This document shows positions 7,858 to 17,222 of a stretch of DNA of 27,283 nt, one piece after another. A program made the translations under genes and the position numbers. The stretch is taken from positions 1 to 27,283 of the forward strand of contig JBBQYG010000043.1 of the NCBI GenBank assembly GCA_038208905.1, given 5' to 3'. The DNA is from Candidatus Sumerlaeia bacterium. GTDB taxonomy: Bacteria > Sumerlaeota > Sumerlaeia > SLMS01. The stretch's first letter is position 1. Each line of letters starts with the position of its first letter. Under the pieces are notes generated by a model. It did no database searches. It worked only from the letters and a program-made list of their open reading frames with translations, and was not told the DNA's origin.

Positions 7858-10800
7858 TTACCCGCCCATCATCCCCGCGATCTTGCGGCGCGCCAGAAGT
7901 CCCAACCTGCGGCTGAACGCGCGGACGCGGTGCTCGGCGTTGCGGCCGATCAGGGGGGCTTCCGTGGTCATTCGCCAGTGGCTGGCACCGGCGATGCGGT
8001 CGAGGCCCGAATCCATGAGCGGGCAGGCGAGCACCGTGGAGGACGCGATCGCGCGGAACAGGCGGGCGGGCTCCAGAGGTATCCATTCCATCGAGAGCGG
8101 CGTGGCGCCGGGGAACTGGCGGAGAAGTTGCAGCAGCTTGCGGTGGTTCTCTGCGGGAATCTGGGAGAGATCGAGCGAGATGGATCCCACGCGGGCCGCG
8201 CGTTCCATCGCCTCGTCGAGGGGGACGAGGCTTTCGAGTTCGAGCTCCCACTGAAACGAATCGCGGGAAATCTTTCCCGTCAGCATCACGCGGCGCGCGC
8301 CGAGTTCCTCCGATGCCAGGCGCAGGCCCAGCTCTCCGCTCGCCCGCACCAGGACGCCGCCCACGTCGGCGATGACTGCGCCGGGACGCTCGCGGTCAAC
8401 TTCCGCGCCGGAGGGGACGCCATCGATGCACACAATGTGGCCGTCCATCTTCAGCGGCATGCGCGTGGGGTGCTGGACGCGGGCCTCGCGGAGGAAGTGG
8501 GAAATGGCGATGGGAGAGAAGTCCCCGATGACGACCCCGCAGGCCGATGCCTGCTCCGCGGCGAGGTCCAGCGGCTGGGTCGCGGCATCCTCGGGGCGTG
8601 CGTTCTCACGCAGCCACCATGCGCCGTCGCGGTCGAAGAAGGACAGTTCGTCCTCGGTGGGTGGCGCGCCGCCACGGCGCGCCTTCAGGATGGGGAAGAG
8701 TTCCTCAAGCTGCCCCGCGAGCTCCGCGCGCGTGGCGCCCAAATGGTCGAATGCCCCCGCGCGGAGGAGCAGGCGCAGGTGCGCGGGACGCAGGCGCGAC
8801 TTGTCGGTGCGATGACAGAGATCGGAGAGATTGCCGAACTGTAGCTCGCGCCGTTTCTCGGCGATTTCGGCGGCGGCGGCGGCGCTGAGACCGCGAATCG
8901 CGAGGAGGCCGGGGCGAATCGCGTCGCCCTCCACGCTCCAGCGCCACTGGGAAAAGTTGATGTCGATTTCCGCGATGCGGACGAGGCGCGAACGCATCTC
9001 CTCCAGCAGCGCCGCCGTGCGCCGCGAATCCCCCGCGGCCTGGCCCAGCGCGGCGGCCTGGAATGCCAGCGGGCGGTGAGCCTTGATGGCGGCGCACACG
9101 TGGCAGAGGAGGATCGAGGCGAAATCCGGGAGGTCGTCCCCGGCGATGTCGGGCCCTTCCTGCTTGAGAATCGCGATCAGCGAGTGCAGGTCGGCGGGCT
9201 GGCCCACGCGGAGGCGGCGGCGAATCGCCGGCGACTCAAGCGGCGGGATGCCGAGCGTGCGGCCCTCGCGAAGGAGCCGATAGGTTGCCGCGTCGTCGGG
9301 CGGGGTCTGGTCGGGGGAAAACGCGGAGTCGCCCTGCTGCCGGGCGAGTTCCGTGGATTCGCCGATCAAGTCCAGCAGCGGAGAATGCACATACGCCAGC
9401 CGCCCGTGACGCAGGCGGCCAAGCTCTTCCGATGTCCACTCCGAGAGAGCCACCAGCGGCGCGTCGTGGGCGTTGGAGACCAAGCGGCGCGGAACCATCG
9501 TCTCCATCGGCTCGACGGAGAATGTATAGACACCGGGCGCGGCGACGAGTTCGCGGGCGCGGCCTTCCATGCGGTGGACCAGCCACGCGAGCGCGGCATA
9601 GCTCTCGATGGGCTCGTCGGCGTCGGGTGTCCAGGTGGCGGGCTGGCTGGCGGCTTCCTCGCGGGCGCGCTGGAATGCGTCGCTGCGCGCGATGGAGGCG
9701 GCCCACTTGCCGTCGTGGCCCAGCAGCTCGGCGGCGCGCTCCAGGGCGTGCGATGTCTTCCACGGGCGCCACTCGCCCACGGCCAGGGCCTGCCCCTCGA
9801 AGAGGCGCTGCAGCGCGCCCACGGCGGCGGCCTCCTGGTTGGCGGGGATCGAGAGTTCCAGCAGCGGGAACGACCCCTTGCCCAGCCCCGCGGGGAGGGA
9901 GAACGGCAGGTCGAATTTCAGCGGGTCCAGCCGGGTCAGCCCCATCAGCGACGCGATCACCGAATTCGTGAACAGCCCGGCGCCGGGCCCGCGCTGCACG
10001 CCATCGTGCTCGAGTTCCTCATGGAGCCGGATCAGCGAGACGACCGCGTTGGCGAGGCCCGCCTCCACGATCTCCTGGAATTCGCGGTTGAGGCGTTCCT
10101 TGTAGCGTGTCGGCAGCTCGCCATAGCGATCCGTGGCGCGCGCGAATGAGGTGTTCCAGATGTAGGAGTCGGCATCGACGCCGCGGCCAAAGTTCCCTTG
10201 GGGGAAGCGGCGCTCCGGCTGGGGGAGCGCGAATCCCGCGCAGCGCTGGGCGATGGAGAGCGTGTTCTGAAGCGCGCCGGGAAAGGCGGCGAAGCGCTCT
10301 CCCGCGAGCGAGCGGGGGAGGAGGTGGCGGCGCTCGCCCACTGGGCGCATCAGGTCAACCAGGCGTGCGTCGGGGCCGCGGCCCGCGCTGGCGGAGCCGC
10401 TGAAGAACCGGAACACGGCGTCATCGGCGGCGTGGGCACAGGCGACTTCGGGAATGGCCACCGTTCCGAGGCCAAAGTGCGCCGCCACCACGTCGAGCAT
10501 CCGCGCCACGGGGGCGCCGTCGCCGACGGGATCGGGAAGCTCCAGATAAACGCGCTCGCGCCCGATCGACTCGGCAAGGGCGCCCAGCAGCGTTTCCAGC
10601 TTTTCGATCTCGCCGTCGCGGATGAGGCGCGTGATCTCGCCGCGCTCTCCGCCGAGGAGATAGACAAGGCCGCGGGGATCCTCGAAAAGGTCCGCAAAAG
10701 TCACATGGGGCGGGCGCGTGGGGGTTTCCGCCGAACGGCCGCGGTTGACCAGCTTGGCCAGGGTGCGCCAGCCGCGTTCGGACTCCACCAGCAGGCGCGC

Positions 10801-11064
10801 GCGATAGGTGGTGCCGCGATAGACGGCTTCGCCGCAGGGGAGTACCCCGATCTCGGCGCCGAAGAGAGGCCTCAACCCTGCCCGCGCCGCCGCTGCCGCA
10901 AAGGCCGGCGCGCGGCCCAGCGAGTTGACGTCGGTCAGCGCAAGGTAGCCTTGCTCGTCGCGCGCCGCCTCCCAGCAAAGCTCGTCCACCCGGGCGATGG
11001 ACTCGCCCAGGCTCAGTTCGCTGCGCGCGCCAAGATGAACAAAGGGGATGGGAGTTGCCGTCAC
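7858..11064 (-). CDS. dnaE: DNA polymerase III alpha subunit (DnaE) paralogue, divergent and predicted catalytically inactive
   Basis: Colinear with DnaE: PHP domain (FVHLGARSELS, ALTD, GAEI), YKERLNREFQEI, GLTRLDPLKFDLPF, KAHRP, HhH (GLLAIRGLS..AGAFD), an OB-like region and a C-terminal domain. Catalytic motifs are substituted (see findings). GTG start, no internal stops. Confidence 0.85.
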   Translation of the reverse strand: MTATPIPFVHLGARSELSLGESIARVDELCWEAARDEQGYLALTDVNSLGRAPAFAAAAARAGLRPLFGAEIGVLPCGEAVYRGTTYRARLLVESERGWRTLAKLVNRGRSAETPTRPPHVTFADLFEDPRGLVYLLGGERGEITRLIRDGEIEKLETLLGALAESIGRERVYLELPDPVGDGAPVARMLDVVAAHFGLGTVAIPEVACAHAADDAVFRFFSGSASAGRGPDARLVDLMRPVGERRHLLPRSLAGERFAAFPGALQNTLSIAQRCAGFALPQPERRFPQGNFGRGVDADSYIWNTSFARATDRYGELPTRYKERLNREFQEIVEAGLANAVVSLIRLHEELEHDGVQRGPGAGLFTNSVIASLMGLTRLDPLKFDLPFSLPAGLGKGSFPLLELSIPANQEAAAVGALQRLFEGQALAVGEWRPWKTSHALERAAELLGHDGKWAASIARSDAFQRAREEAASQPATWTPDADEPIESYAALAWLVHRMEGRARELVAAPGVYTFSVEPMETMVPRRLVSNAHDAPLVALSEWTSEELGRLRHGRLAYVHSPLLDLIGESTELARQQGDSAFSPDQTPPDDAATYRLLREGRTLGIPPLESPAIRRRLRVGQPADLHSLIAILKQEGPDIAGDDLPDFASILLCHVCAAIKAHRPLAFQAAALGQAAGDSRRTAALLEEMRSRLVRIAEIDINFSQWRWSVEGDAIRPGLLAIRGLSAAAAAEIAEKRRELQFGNLSDLCHRTDKSRLRPAHLRLLLRAGAFDHLGATRAELAGQLEELFPILKARRGGAPPTEDELSFFDRDGAWWLRENARPEDAATQPLDLAAEQASACGVVIGDFSPIAISHFLREARVQHPTRMPLKMDGHIVCIDGVPSGAEVDRERPGAVIADVGGVLVRASGELGLRLASEELGARRVMLTGKISRDSFQWELELESLVPLDEAMERAARVGSISLDLSQIPAENHRKLLQLLRQFPGATPLSMEWIPLEPARLFRAIASSTVLACPLMDSGLDRIAGASHWRMTTEAPLIGRNAEHRVRAFSRRLGLLARRKIAGMMGG

Positions 11065-11188
11065 GACCGCTCCGCCGCCGCGACCCCGCGGGGTGTGGAT
11101 GGCACTTTTCAGCGGTCATCCCTCCGAGGAGGGCACCATGTCAAGAAGGGGAAGCGGGGAAAAAAAAGAACGGTGGCAAGCGGGGGGA

Positions 11189-11686
11189 TCACGGCACGGC
11201 GGCGCCCTTTGTCTTTTCCACCCGGTACCGCCGGAAGGTTTCCTTCAGCAGTTCCGCGCAATCGGCCTCCAGCACCCCGGCCACAACCTCGACCTGGTGG
11301 TTGAATCGGCTGTTCTCCAGCAGGTTCAGGTCGGCACCACAGGCGCCCCAACGCGGATTGGCGGCGCCATAGACGAGGCGGGCGATACGGCCCTGTAGCA
11401 GAGCGCCCGCGCACATGGGGCAGGGCTCCAGCGTCACATAGAGCGTGGCGCCGTCCAGGCGCCAGTCGCCCTGGCGGGCGGCGGCCTCGCGGAGCGCCAG
11501 CACCTCGGCATGGGCCGTGGGATCGTCGAAGGTTTCCTTTCCATCGTGGGCGCCGCCCAGCAAGACGCCATCGCGCACGACGACGGCGCCGATGGGAACC
11601 TCTCCGCGAAGGGCGGAGAGGCGGGCCCAGCCCAAGGCCCGCCGCATCCAGTGGGCGTCCAGCTCCTCCGCTCCGGGCTGGCTCAC
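11189..11686 (-). CDS. tadA: tRNA adenosine(34) deaminase
   Basis: GEVPIGAVVV, DPTAHAEVLALR, WRL..ATLYVTLEPCPMCAGA and NHQVEV..GVLE..C motifs. The start overlaps the upstream stop (GTGA). Confidence 0.92.
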   Translation of the reverse strand: MSQPGAEELDAHWMRRALGWARLSALRGEVPIGAVVVRDGVLLGGAHDGKETFDDPTAHAEVLALREAAARQGDWRLDGATLYVTLEPCPMCAGALLQGRIARLVYGAANPRWGACGADLNLLENSRFNHQVEVVAGVLEADCAELLKETFRRYRVEKTKGAAVP

Positions 11687-13479
11687 AACGGCGGCTCGAT
11701 CCGGGCCACTGCGGACCGGGAAATGACCACGGCGCCGGAGCCCGTTGGCTCCAGAGTGATTGACGTGTCGGTGATCTCGGTCACGACGGCCTCCATCATC
11801 ATGCCCGATTTCAGGTACACCTTGCGCGTGATGGCCTCGGGAACAACGGCGCGTTCCTGGACCAGCGTGGGAACTGGGGTGGGTGTGGAAAACTTGAGCG
11901 GGCGGTTCTCAAGCGGATTGGTGACCACGACAGGGGTGGATTTAGTGCTGGGCGCCTCTGGCGGGGGGGGGTCCATGGGGCCAAACTGGCGGGATTCGCG
12001 CTCGCCCTTCAGAGGCTCGCCTGGGACGGGGCGACCCGAGGCGCCGGAGAATATCGTGTTGGGCAAGCTCGAATAAAACCCGCGCGAGGAGCCCCGGACC
12101 GGTTGTGCGTAGTGGCTGAGGATGGTTCCCAAGCCGCGCGAACGGGTGGTGCTAAACTGGTGGCTGAGGCCTTGAAGGAAGTTCTGGCCCCCGGAGACGG
12201 ATATCAGGCCGGCGGCGGGCCCCTTGTTTTTGTTCAGGAACGCCACCCACTCATCCAGAATATTGCCTTGGGCGCTGATTCGTTCGCTGATTTCAATGGT
12301 CAATTCATCAAGCCTGGAATCTTGACACCATGAAAGCCAGTCGGTCATGTGTCTGGAGTAGGACGGGGAATCGATCCACTGCTCCCAAGTGGCGGGCGGG
12401 GCTGCGCCACCGGTGCCGACCATCACCCCAACGCGGGTCCCGGGGCGGGCGCGCTGGATCGTGTCGCGGACGTCGCCGATTAGGTCCGACACGCGGGCGC
12501 GACGCCACGACGACCAGGTGGGATCGTCGGGAAGGGGGTTCCCCTGGCCGCCGACAACTCCGCGAAATCGGGAGACGGCCACGGGGCTGTAGCCCCATTC
12601 TGCCCCAGGATAGCCGACGCCGGTAAACAGATAGCCATCGGGTGCCAGCACGCTGTCGATTTCCTCCAGCACCCCCCTCAGATAGAAAACGGCGTCGGGA
12701 TTGCCCGGGTCCAGATGGATACGGTTGTCGGGGGCGACGATGGCGCCGGTGACGCTCTGGGCGATGAAGTCGGGCTGGTTTCCGAAGATATGGGTGGCGG
12801 CGGGCCGACTGCCCACGAGGGCGCTGTAGGAGGGTAGGAGCGAGACGACAGCGAAGATCTCGGTGCCGGGCGGGAGCGCGCGACGCAGTTCGGCGACAGG
12901 GTTGGGGAACGTGGGGTTGATGAACTGCATCGGCTTCTCGATGCGGGAGTCAAAGGCGACGCCAAAGGCCGTCCGTGCCTCGATATAGACGCGTGTGAAC
13001 CCGGCATCGCGGCAGTCCTTTGCCAGTTGCTGAATCTGCTCGACGGACTGAAAGCCGGCCTCGGTGGAAAGGACCATCAGGGCCTTGATCTCGCCCTGTG
13101 CGGCGGTGGGGGCGGTCGGCGGGGCGGTGGTGGGCGCGGCGGCGGGGATTGTGGCGGTATCGTCGAAAGGATTGGCCGGCTTGGCGGCCGGGAGGTCGAA
13201 GGGATTGGAGCCCTGGCCGGGGGCGGGCGTCGCGCTGAAGGGATCGGAGCCTGGGATCGGCGTGGGGACCGCCGTGGGCGGAAGGTCGAAGGGATTCTTG
13301 CCCGGTTCGGTCGATGGCGTGCCACCAAACGGATCGGTTTCCGGGGGCGGGGTAGCCGCGGGCTCCACAAAGGGATCAACGTCCTGTGACGGTGCCGAAG
13401 CAACGTGAAGCGGGAGGACGAGAAGCGCGGCGGCGGCCAGCCGAAGCCAACCGAAGCGGTGAGGTGCCCGTGATGCCAT
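11683..13479 (-). CDS. Secreted glycosyl hydrolase-like 10 (GHL10/DUF187) family protein with a Pro-rich N-terminal region and a small C-terminal beta domain
   Basis: Signal peptide and repeated [DN]PF motifs, then [52 protein letters not shown] and DWLSW, which match the GHL10 layout. Confidence 0.75.
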   Translation of the reverse strand: MASRAPHRFGWLRLAAAALLVLPLHVASAPSQDVDPFVEPAATPPPETDPFGGTPSTEPGKNPFDLPPTAVPTPIPGSDPFSATPAPGQGSNPFDLPAAKPANPFDDTATIPAAAPTTAPPTAPTAAQGEIKALMVLSTEAGFQSVEQIQQLAKDCRDAGFTRVYIEARTAFGVAFDSRIEKPMQFINPTFPNPVAELRRALPPGTEIFAVVSLLPSYSALVGSRPAATHIFGNQPDFIAQSVTGAIVAPDNRIHLDPGNPDAVFYLRGVLEEIDSVLAPDGYLFTGVGYPGAEWGYSPVAVSRFRGVVGGQGNPLPDDPTWSSWRRARVSDLIGDVRDTIQRARPGTRVGVMVGTGGAAPPATWEQWIDSPSYSRHMTDWLSWCQDSRLDELTIEISERISAQGNILDEWVAFLNKNKGPAAGLISVSGGQNFLQGLSHQFSTTRSRGLGTILSHYAQPVRGSSRGFYSSLPNTIFSGASGRPVPGEPLKGERESRQFGPMDPPPPEAPSTKSTPVVVTNPLENRPLKFSTPTPVPTLVQERAVVPEAITRKVYLKSGMMMEAVVTEITDTSITLEPTGSGAVVISRSAVARIEPPL

Positions 13480-13576
13480 GAAGTTAAACCATCCCCATCG
13501 GCCCGGTCATCGGGCCCGGATTGCAAGGGTTTCAGGCTGTCCACGCCGGGCGATGCGTGCAAGGGGAAGCAGAAGC

Positions 13577-13729
13577 CAGGACGGTTCCGTTCCCGTGATA
13601 CTTCGTCGCCGGCCCGGTGTCGGCTCGGTCAACGCACAACAGTGCGCCTCCCTCGCCTCGCCGGTCCGCTTCTCGTCTGACGGGAATGGCCCTCGTCCTG
13701 ACCCACGGGGGAGGTACGGAATCGTCCTG
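13577..13729. other. Inverted-repeat element with two alternative 3' arms between the divergent GHL10 and purE genes
   Basis: Arm 13577-13597 is complementary to both 13680-13700 and 13704-13729. An internal hairpin CGCAC-AACA-GTGCG lies at 13633-13646. Confidence 0.5.
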
Positions 13730-13840
13730 AAGCCGAAGCGCCCGGCGAGCACTTTCCCTTTGAGGCGTCAGCCGGGGGGCGGCAATCTCGCAGTCTTCCG
13801 CCCGGACGCGGAAAATCAGCCCCGCGGGGAGGCACCGGCG

Positions 13841-14374
13841 ATGCCCGAGCCACTGGTTGGCATCATCATGGGGTCGGAGTCGGATTGGGAAACGATGGAG
13901 CACGCGGCGGAAACGCTGAAGTCGCTCGGCGTTCCCTACGAGGTGGCCATCGTCAGCGCCCACCGGACTCCCGACAAGCTCTTCGAGTATGCGGAGAGCG
14001 CGGAGGAGCGCGGCCTGGAGGTGATCATCGCGGGCGCCGGCGGCGCGGCCCACCTGCCGGGCATGTGCGCGTCCAAGACGCCGCTGCCGGTGCTCGGCGT
14101 GCCGGTGCAGTCGCACGCGCTTGGCGGGATGGATTCGCTGCTGTCGATCGTCCAGATGCCCGCGGGGATTCCCGTGGGGACGTTGGCGATCGGGCGCGCG
14201 GGGGCGGTGAACGCGGCGCTGCTGGCGACGGCGATCCTGGGGACCAAGACGGCGAAGTTCCGCGAGGCGGTGCGCGAGTACCGCGCCGCCCAGACGCGTC
14301 GCGTGATGGACACGCCAACGCCGGGGCGATCAACGTCGGCAAAGAAACCAACCAAGGCCAAGAAGGCAAAATGA
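13841..14374 (+). CDS. purE: N5-carboxyaminoimidazole ribonucleotide mutase
   Basis: [38 protein letters not shown] and [15 protein letters not shown] motifs. GGGAGG RBS before ATG 13841. Confidence 0.97.
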   Translation: MPEPLVGIIMGSESDWETMEHAAETLKSLGVPYEVAIVSAHRTPDKLFEYAESAEERGLEVIIAGAGGAAHLPGMCASKTPLPVLGVPVQSHALGGMDSLLSIVQMPAGIPVGTLAIGRAGAVNAALLATAILGTKTAKFREAVREYRAAQTRRVMDTPTPGRSTSAKKPTKAKKAK

Positions 14375-15510
14375 AGATCGGGATCCTGGGGGCCGGGCAG
14401 CTGGGCATGATGCTGGCCCAGGCGGGCCAGAAGATCGGCATGGAGTTCCGCTTCATGGACCCCGCGTCGGATATCGCCGCGCGCGGCCTGGGCGAACACG
14501 TGTGTGCGGCCTACGAGGACATCGACGCGCTGGAGCAGTTTGCGCGCGGGCTGGACTTCATCACATTCGAGTTCGAGAACGTCCGCATGGAGAGCGTGCG
14601 CTGGCTCGCCCAGCGCGTGCCCACGGCGCCATCGGCGGAGTGCCTGCGCGTGGCGGGCGACCGGCAATTCGAGAAGGACCTCTTCGCGGCGTGCGGAATT
14701 CCCACGGCGCCCTATGCGACGTTCTTCTTCCGCGACGAATACGACGAGGGCCTCCGCCGGATCGGCTATCCCGCCGTGCTGAAGACGCGGCGATTCGGAT
14801 ACGACGGCAAGGGCCAGCGCGTGATCCGCACGCCGGAGCAGGCCGAGGCGGCGTGGAAGGAACTGAACGGATTGCCGCTCTTTCTCGAGGGTTTCGTGGA
14901 CTTCGACCGCGAGGTGTCGCTGGTCTCCGCGCGCGATGCGAAGGGGAACACGCTGCACTATCCGCTGGTGGAGAACCATCACCGCGATGGCATCCTGCGC
15001 CTCACCTACGCGCCGGCGCCGGCGCTTTCCCCCGACTTGCAGGCGCTGGCGGAGGAGTATGCGCGCCGCGTGATGGAGAAGATGAATTACGTGGGCGTGC
15101 TGGCGATCGAGTTTTTCCAGGCGGGACGCCAGCTCATGGCCAACGAGATGGCGCCGCGCGTCCACAACAGCGGGCATTGGTCCATCGAGGGTGCCGCGAC
15201 GAGCCAGTTCGAGAATCATCTGCGCGCGGTGGCGGGCCTGCCGCTGGAGCCAACCAAGGCGATGGATTTCTCCGCGATGATCAACCTGATCGGAGAGATT
15301 CCCGACCTGGGCGAGGTGGCGAAGGAGCCCGACACATACCTTCACGACTATGGAAAGAAGCCCCGCGCCGGGCGCAAGGTGGGCCATATCACCGTGCTGG
15401 CGGAGACGCGCGGCGCGCTGGACCGGCGTATCTACAAGATCGCCGATCGACTGAAGGATCCCCGCTTCGACGACGTGATGGCGGGGCTGAAGACGCATGG
15501 CGGATGGTGA
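14371..15510 (+). CDS. purK: N5-carboxyaminoimidazole ribonucleotide synthase (ATP-grasp)
   Basis: [52 protein letters not shown] and YGK..R.GRKVGH motifs. ATGA overlap with purE. Confidence 0.97.
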   Translation: MKIGILGAGQLGMMLAQAGQKIGMEFRFMDPASDIAARGLGEHVCAAYEDIDALEQFARGLDFITFEFENVRMESVRWLAQRVPTAPSAECLRVAGDRQFEKDLFAACGIPTAPYATFFFRDEYDEGLRRIGYPAVLKTRRFGYDGKGQRVIRTPEQAEAAWKELNGLPLFLEGFVDFDREVSLVSARDAKGNTLHYPLVENHHRDGILRLTYAPAPALSPDLQALAEEYARRVMEKMNYVGVLAIEFFQAGRQLMANEMAPRVHNSGHWSIEGAATSQFENHLRAVAGLPLEPTKAMDFSAMINLIGEIPDLGEVAKEPDTYLHDYGKKPRAGRKVGHITVLAETRGALDRRIYKIADRLKDPRFDDVMAGLKTHGGW

Positions 15511-17197
15511 CGCCGAATCCGCGGGGGGGACGCCGCGACTCGTCGCCGCGGCGACGTTCGCCACGTCCTTTTTGCCCGTGCTATTCGACTATCTGTCCGG
15601 CGGAAAGTGGCGGCACCTCCACTACCTAGCGGGCGACGCCTACTACTATCTGCTGATCGCGCGCAATGCGTGGCGCCACGGCGCGATCACCTATGATGGC
15701 GAGACGCCAACCAACGGGTTCCACCCGCTCTGGCAACTCACCGAGATCGCCGCGTTCCCGCTGGCGTGGGCTTTCGGCGACGGATATCTGGAGGCCGCGC
15801 TGCTGGGCGCGTTCTTCGCGACACTGCTGCTGGCGTCGGTGGCGCTCGCCGTCGTGGCGTGGGTTGCTTCGCGGCATTGCCCGCGCGCGGCATTCCTGCT
15901 TCCCGCGCTGCCGGCCGGTGTCTATACGGCGATGGCCTATCGCGACGCGGGTTCCCAGGCGACGCTGTGGATGCAGGCCAACGGGATGGAGAGCGCGCTC
16001 GGCATGGCGCTCTTCGCCGTGCTGCTGGTCCTTCTCTGCCGGGGGCCATTCCGCCTTGGCGCGACAGCCATGGGCACGACGCTGGGGCTGCTGGTGCTGA
16101 GTCGCCTCGATCTGATTTTCGTGCCACTGGCGCTGGGGATTGTCGCGCTGCCGGGCGCCATGAGGAGCCGGGCGGAGTTCCGGTCGCTCGCGATCACCAC
16201 CGCGGTCACGGCGGCCATTGTGGGCGCCTATCTGTTGGTGAACGTGGGTTACGCGGGGAGCGCTCTACCCGTCAGCGGCGCGGCCAAGACGACGTTCCCC
16301 GATCTGAATCCTGGCACCCTCGGGCGCGCGATCAACTACTTCGCGCAGCCGGAAATCCTGCGCGCGGACTACCGGAAGCGGACGGCGCAGCTGGTGATTC
16401 CGTTGCTGTTCGCGCTTGCATGGTTGATTGTATATCTTGCTATACAGTGGCGCGGGCGGGACGCACGCGCTACCATGTGGGGAAGGGCGCTGGTTGTCTG
16501 CCACCTCTCCGTGGTCCTGCGGCATGGATACGACCTGTGCTTCGTGCATGTGATTCACACGGACTACTGGTATTATCCGATTTCCCAAGTGATCGTCTTT
16601 CTTGGCGCGCTTTGGCTCGTGGAGCGCGCGCTCGGGCGATGGGCGCCGGGATTCCGGCCCGCGACCGCGCCCGCAGTGCTTGGCGTCTGCGCGTTGGAGG
16701 CCGTAGTCTTCATGCTAACGATCTGGCGAGAGCCCACGAACTACCCCTATGCGGCGTCACTGTGGGAGAGCCGCGAATCGATTGTCGCCCATTTCGGCGA
16801 CGCGCCGCCGCGAATGCTCGAGATGGAGGACGGAATCCTTGGATATACACTCGGATTTCCCGCGCTGTCTGCGACGGGGCTGAGCCTCGACCGCGAGGGC
16901 GCCGAGGCGCGGTCGCGCGGCGAGCTGCTCGATTACGCCTGGCAGCGGGGCTTCCGCACGCTGGCGATTACGCCGCGCTACCTGGATTTCGCCCGCGTCG
17001 CCGATGGGATGTCGGCGGAGCAGGCCACGACGCTGCTGCGCGGGCGATTCGACTGGATGCGCCGCGAGCGGGAGTACGGATTCGCGCTGGAGTACCTGTC
17101 GCAGGATGGCAGCGTCGCGTTCTTTGCGATCACGCAAGATGAGTTGCCGGCGAAACGGCAGAAAAAAGAAGTCACCACAGAGAACAGAGAGAAGTAG
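15497..17197 (+). CDS. Polytopic membrane glycosyltransferase, GT-C fold (DAY-type)
   Basis: GDAYYYLLIARN..YDGETPTNGFHPLW, NGMES, LSRLD and PVSGAAK motifs with multiple TM helices. 14-nt overlap with purK. Confidence 0.75.
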   Translation: MADGDAESAGGTPRLVAAATFATSFLPVLFDYLSGGKWRHLHYLAGDAYYYLLIARNAWRHGAITYDGETPTNGFHPLWQLTEIAAFPLAWAFGDGYLEAALLGAFFATLLLASVALAVVAWVASRHCPRAAFLLPALPAGVYTAMAYRDAGSQATLWMQANGMESALGMALFAVLLVLLCRGPFRLGATAMGTTLGLLVLSRLDLIFVPLALGIVALPGAMRSRAEFRSLAITTAVTAAIVGAYLLVNVGYAGSALPVSGAAKTTFPDLNPGTLGRAINYFAQPEILRADYRKRTAQLVIPLLFALAWLIVYLAIQWRGRDARATMWGRALVVCHLSVVLRHGYDLCFVHVIHTDYWYYPISQVIVFLGALWLVERALGRWAPGFRPATAPAVLGVCALEAVVFMLTIWREPTNYPYAASLWESRESIVAHFGDAPPRMLEMEDGILGYTLGFPALSATGLSLDREGAEARSRGELLDYAWQRGFRTLAITPRYLDFARVADGMSAEQATTLLRGRFDWMRREREYGFALEYLSQDGSVAFFAITQDELPAKRQKKEVTTENREK

Positions 17198-17222
17198 GCG
17201 GGAAGTGAAATCCGACTCGGTT

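Noticed and set aside
7858-11064. Calling the gene dnaE2 (imuC) or the replicative dnaE
   Set aside because: There are no imuA/imuB neighbours, no SRDF-type tail and no catalytic Asp motifs.
7858-11064. Calling the DnaE-like gene a pseudogene
   Set aside because: There are no stops or frameshifts over 3.2 kb, codon bias is typical, and structural motifs are selectively kept.
11189-11686. Deaminase beside a polymerase-like gene as a mutagenesis or editing system
   Set aside because: The deaminase looks like an ordinary housekeeping TadA, and nothing beyond adjacency links the two genes.
13478-13840. N-terminal extensions of PurE (from 13478) and PurK (from 13885) in the ORF track
   Set aside because: Homology and RBS/overlap evidence place the starts at 13841 and 14371.
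13480-13840. A known purine, ZTP or PRPP riboswitch, or SRP RNA
   Set aside because: I could not find their consensus motifs by eye; the region is kept only as an unassigned structured candidate.
13936-15564. Long antisense or alternative-frame ORFs (for example 13936-15564, 7789-8844, 9076-10149, 15766-17142, 22675-23856)
   Set aside because: They are shadow ORFs of GC-rich genes, Arg/Pro/Ala-rich and without recognisable motifs.
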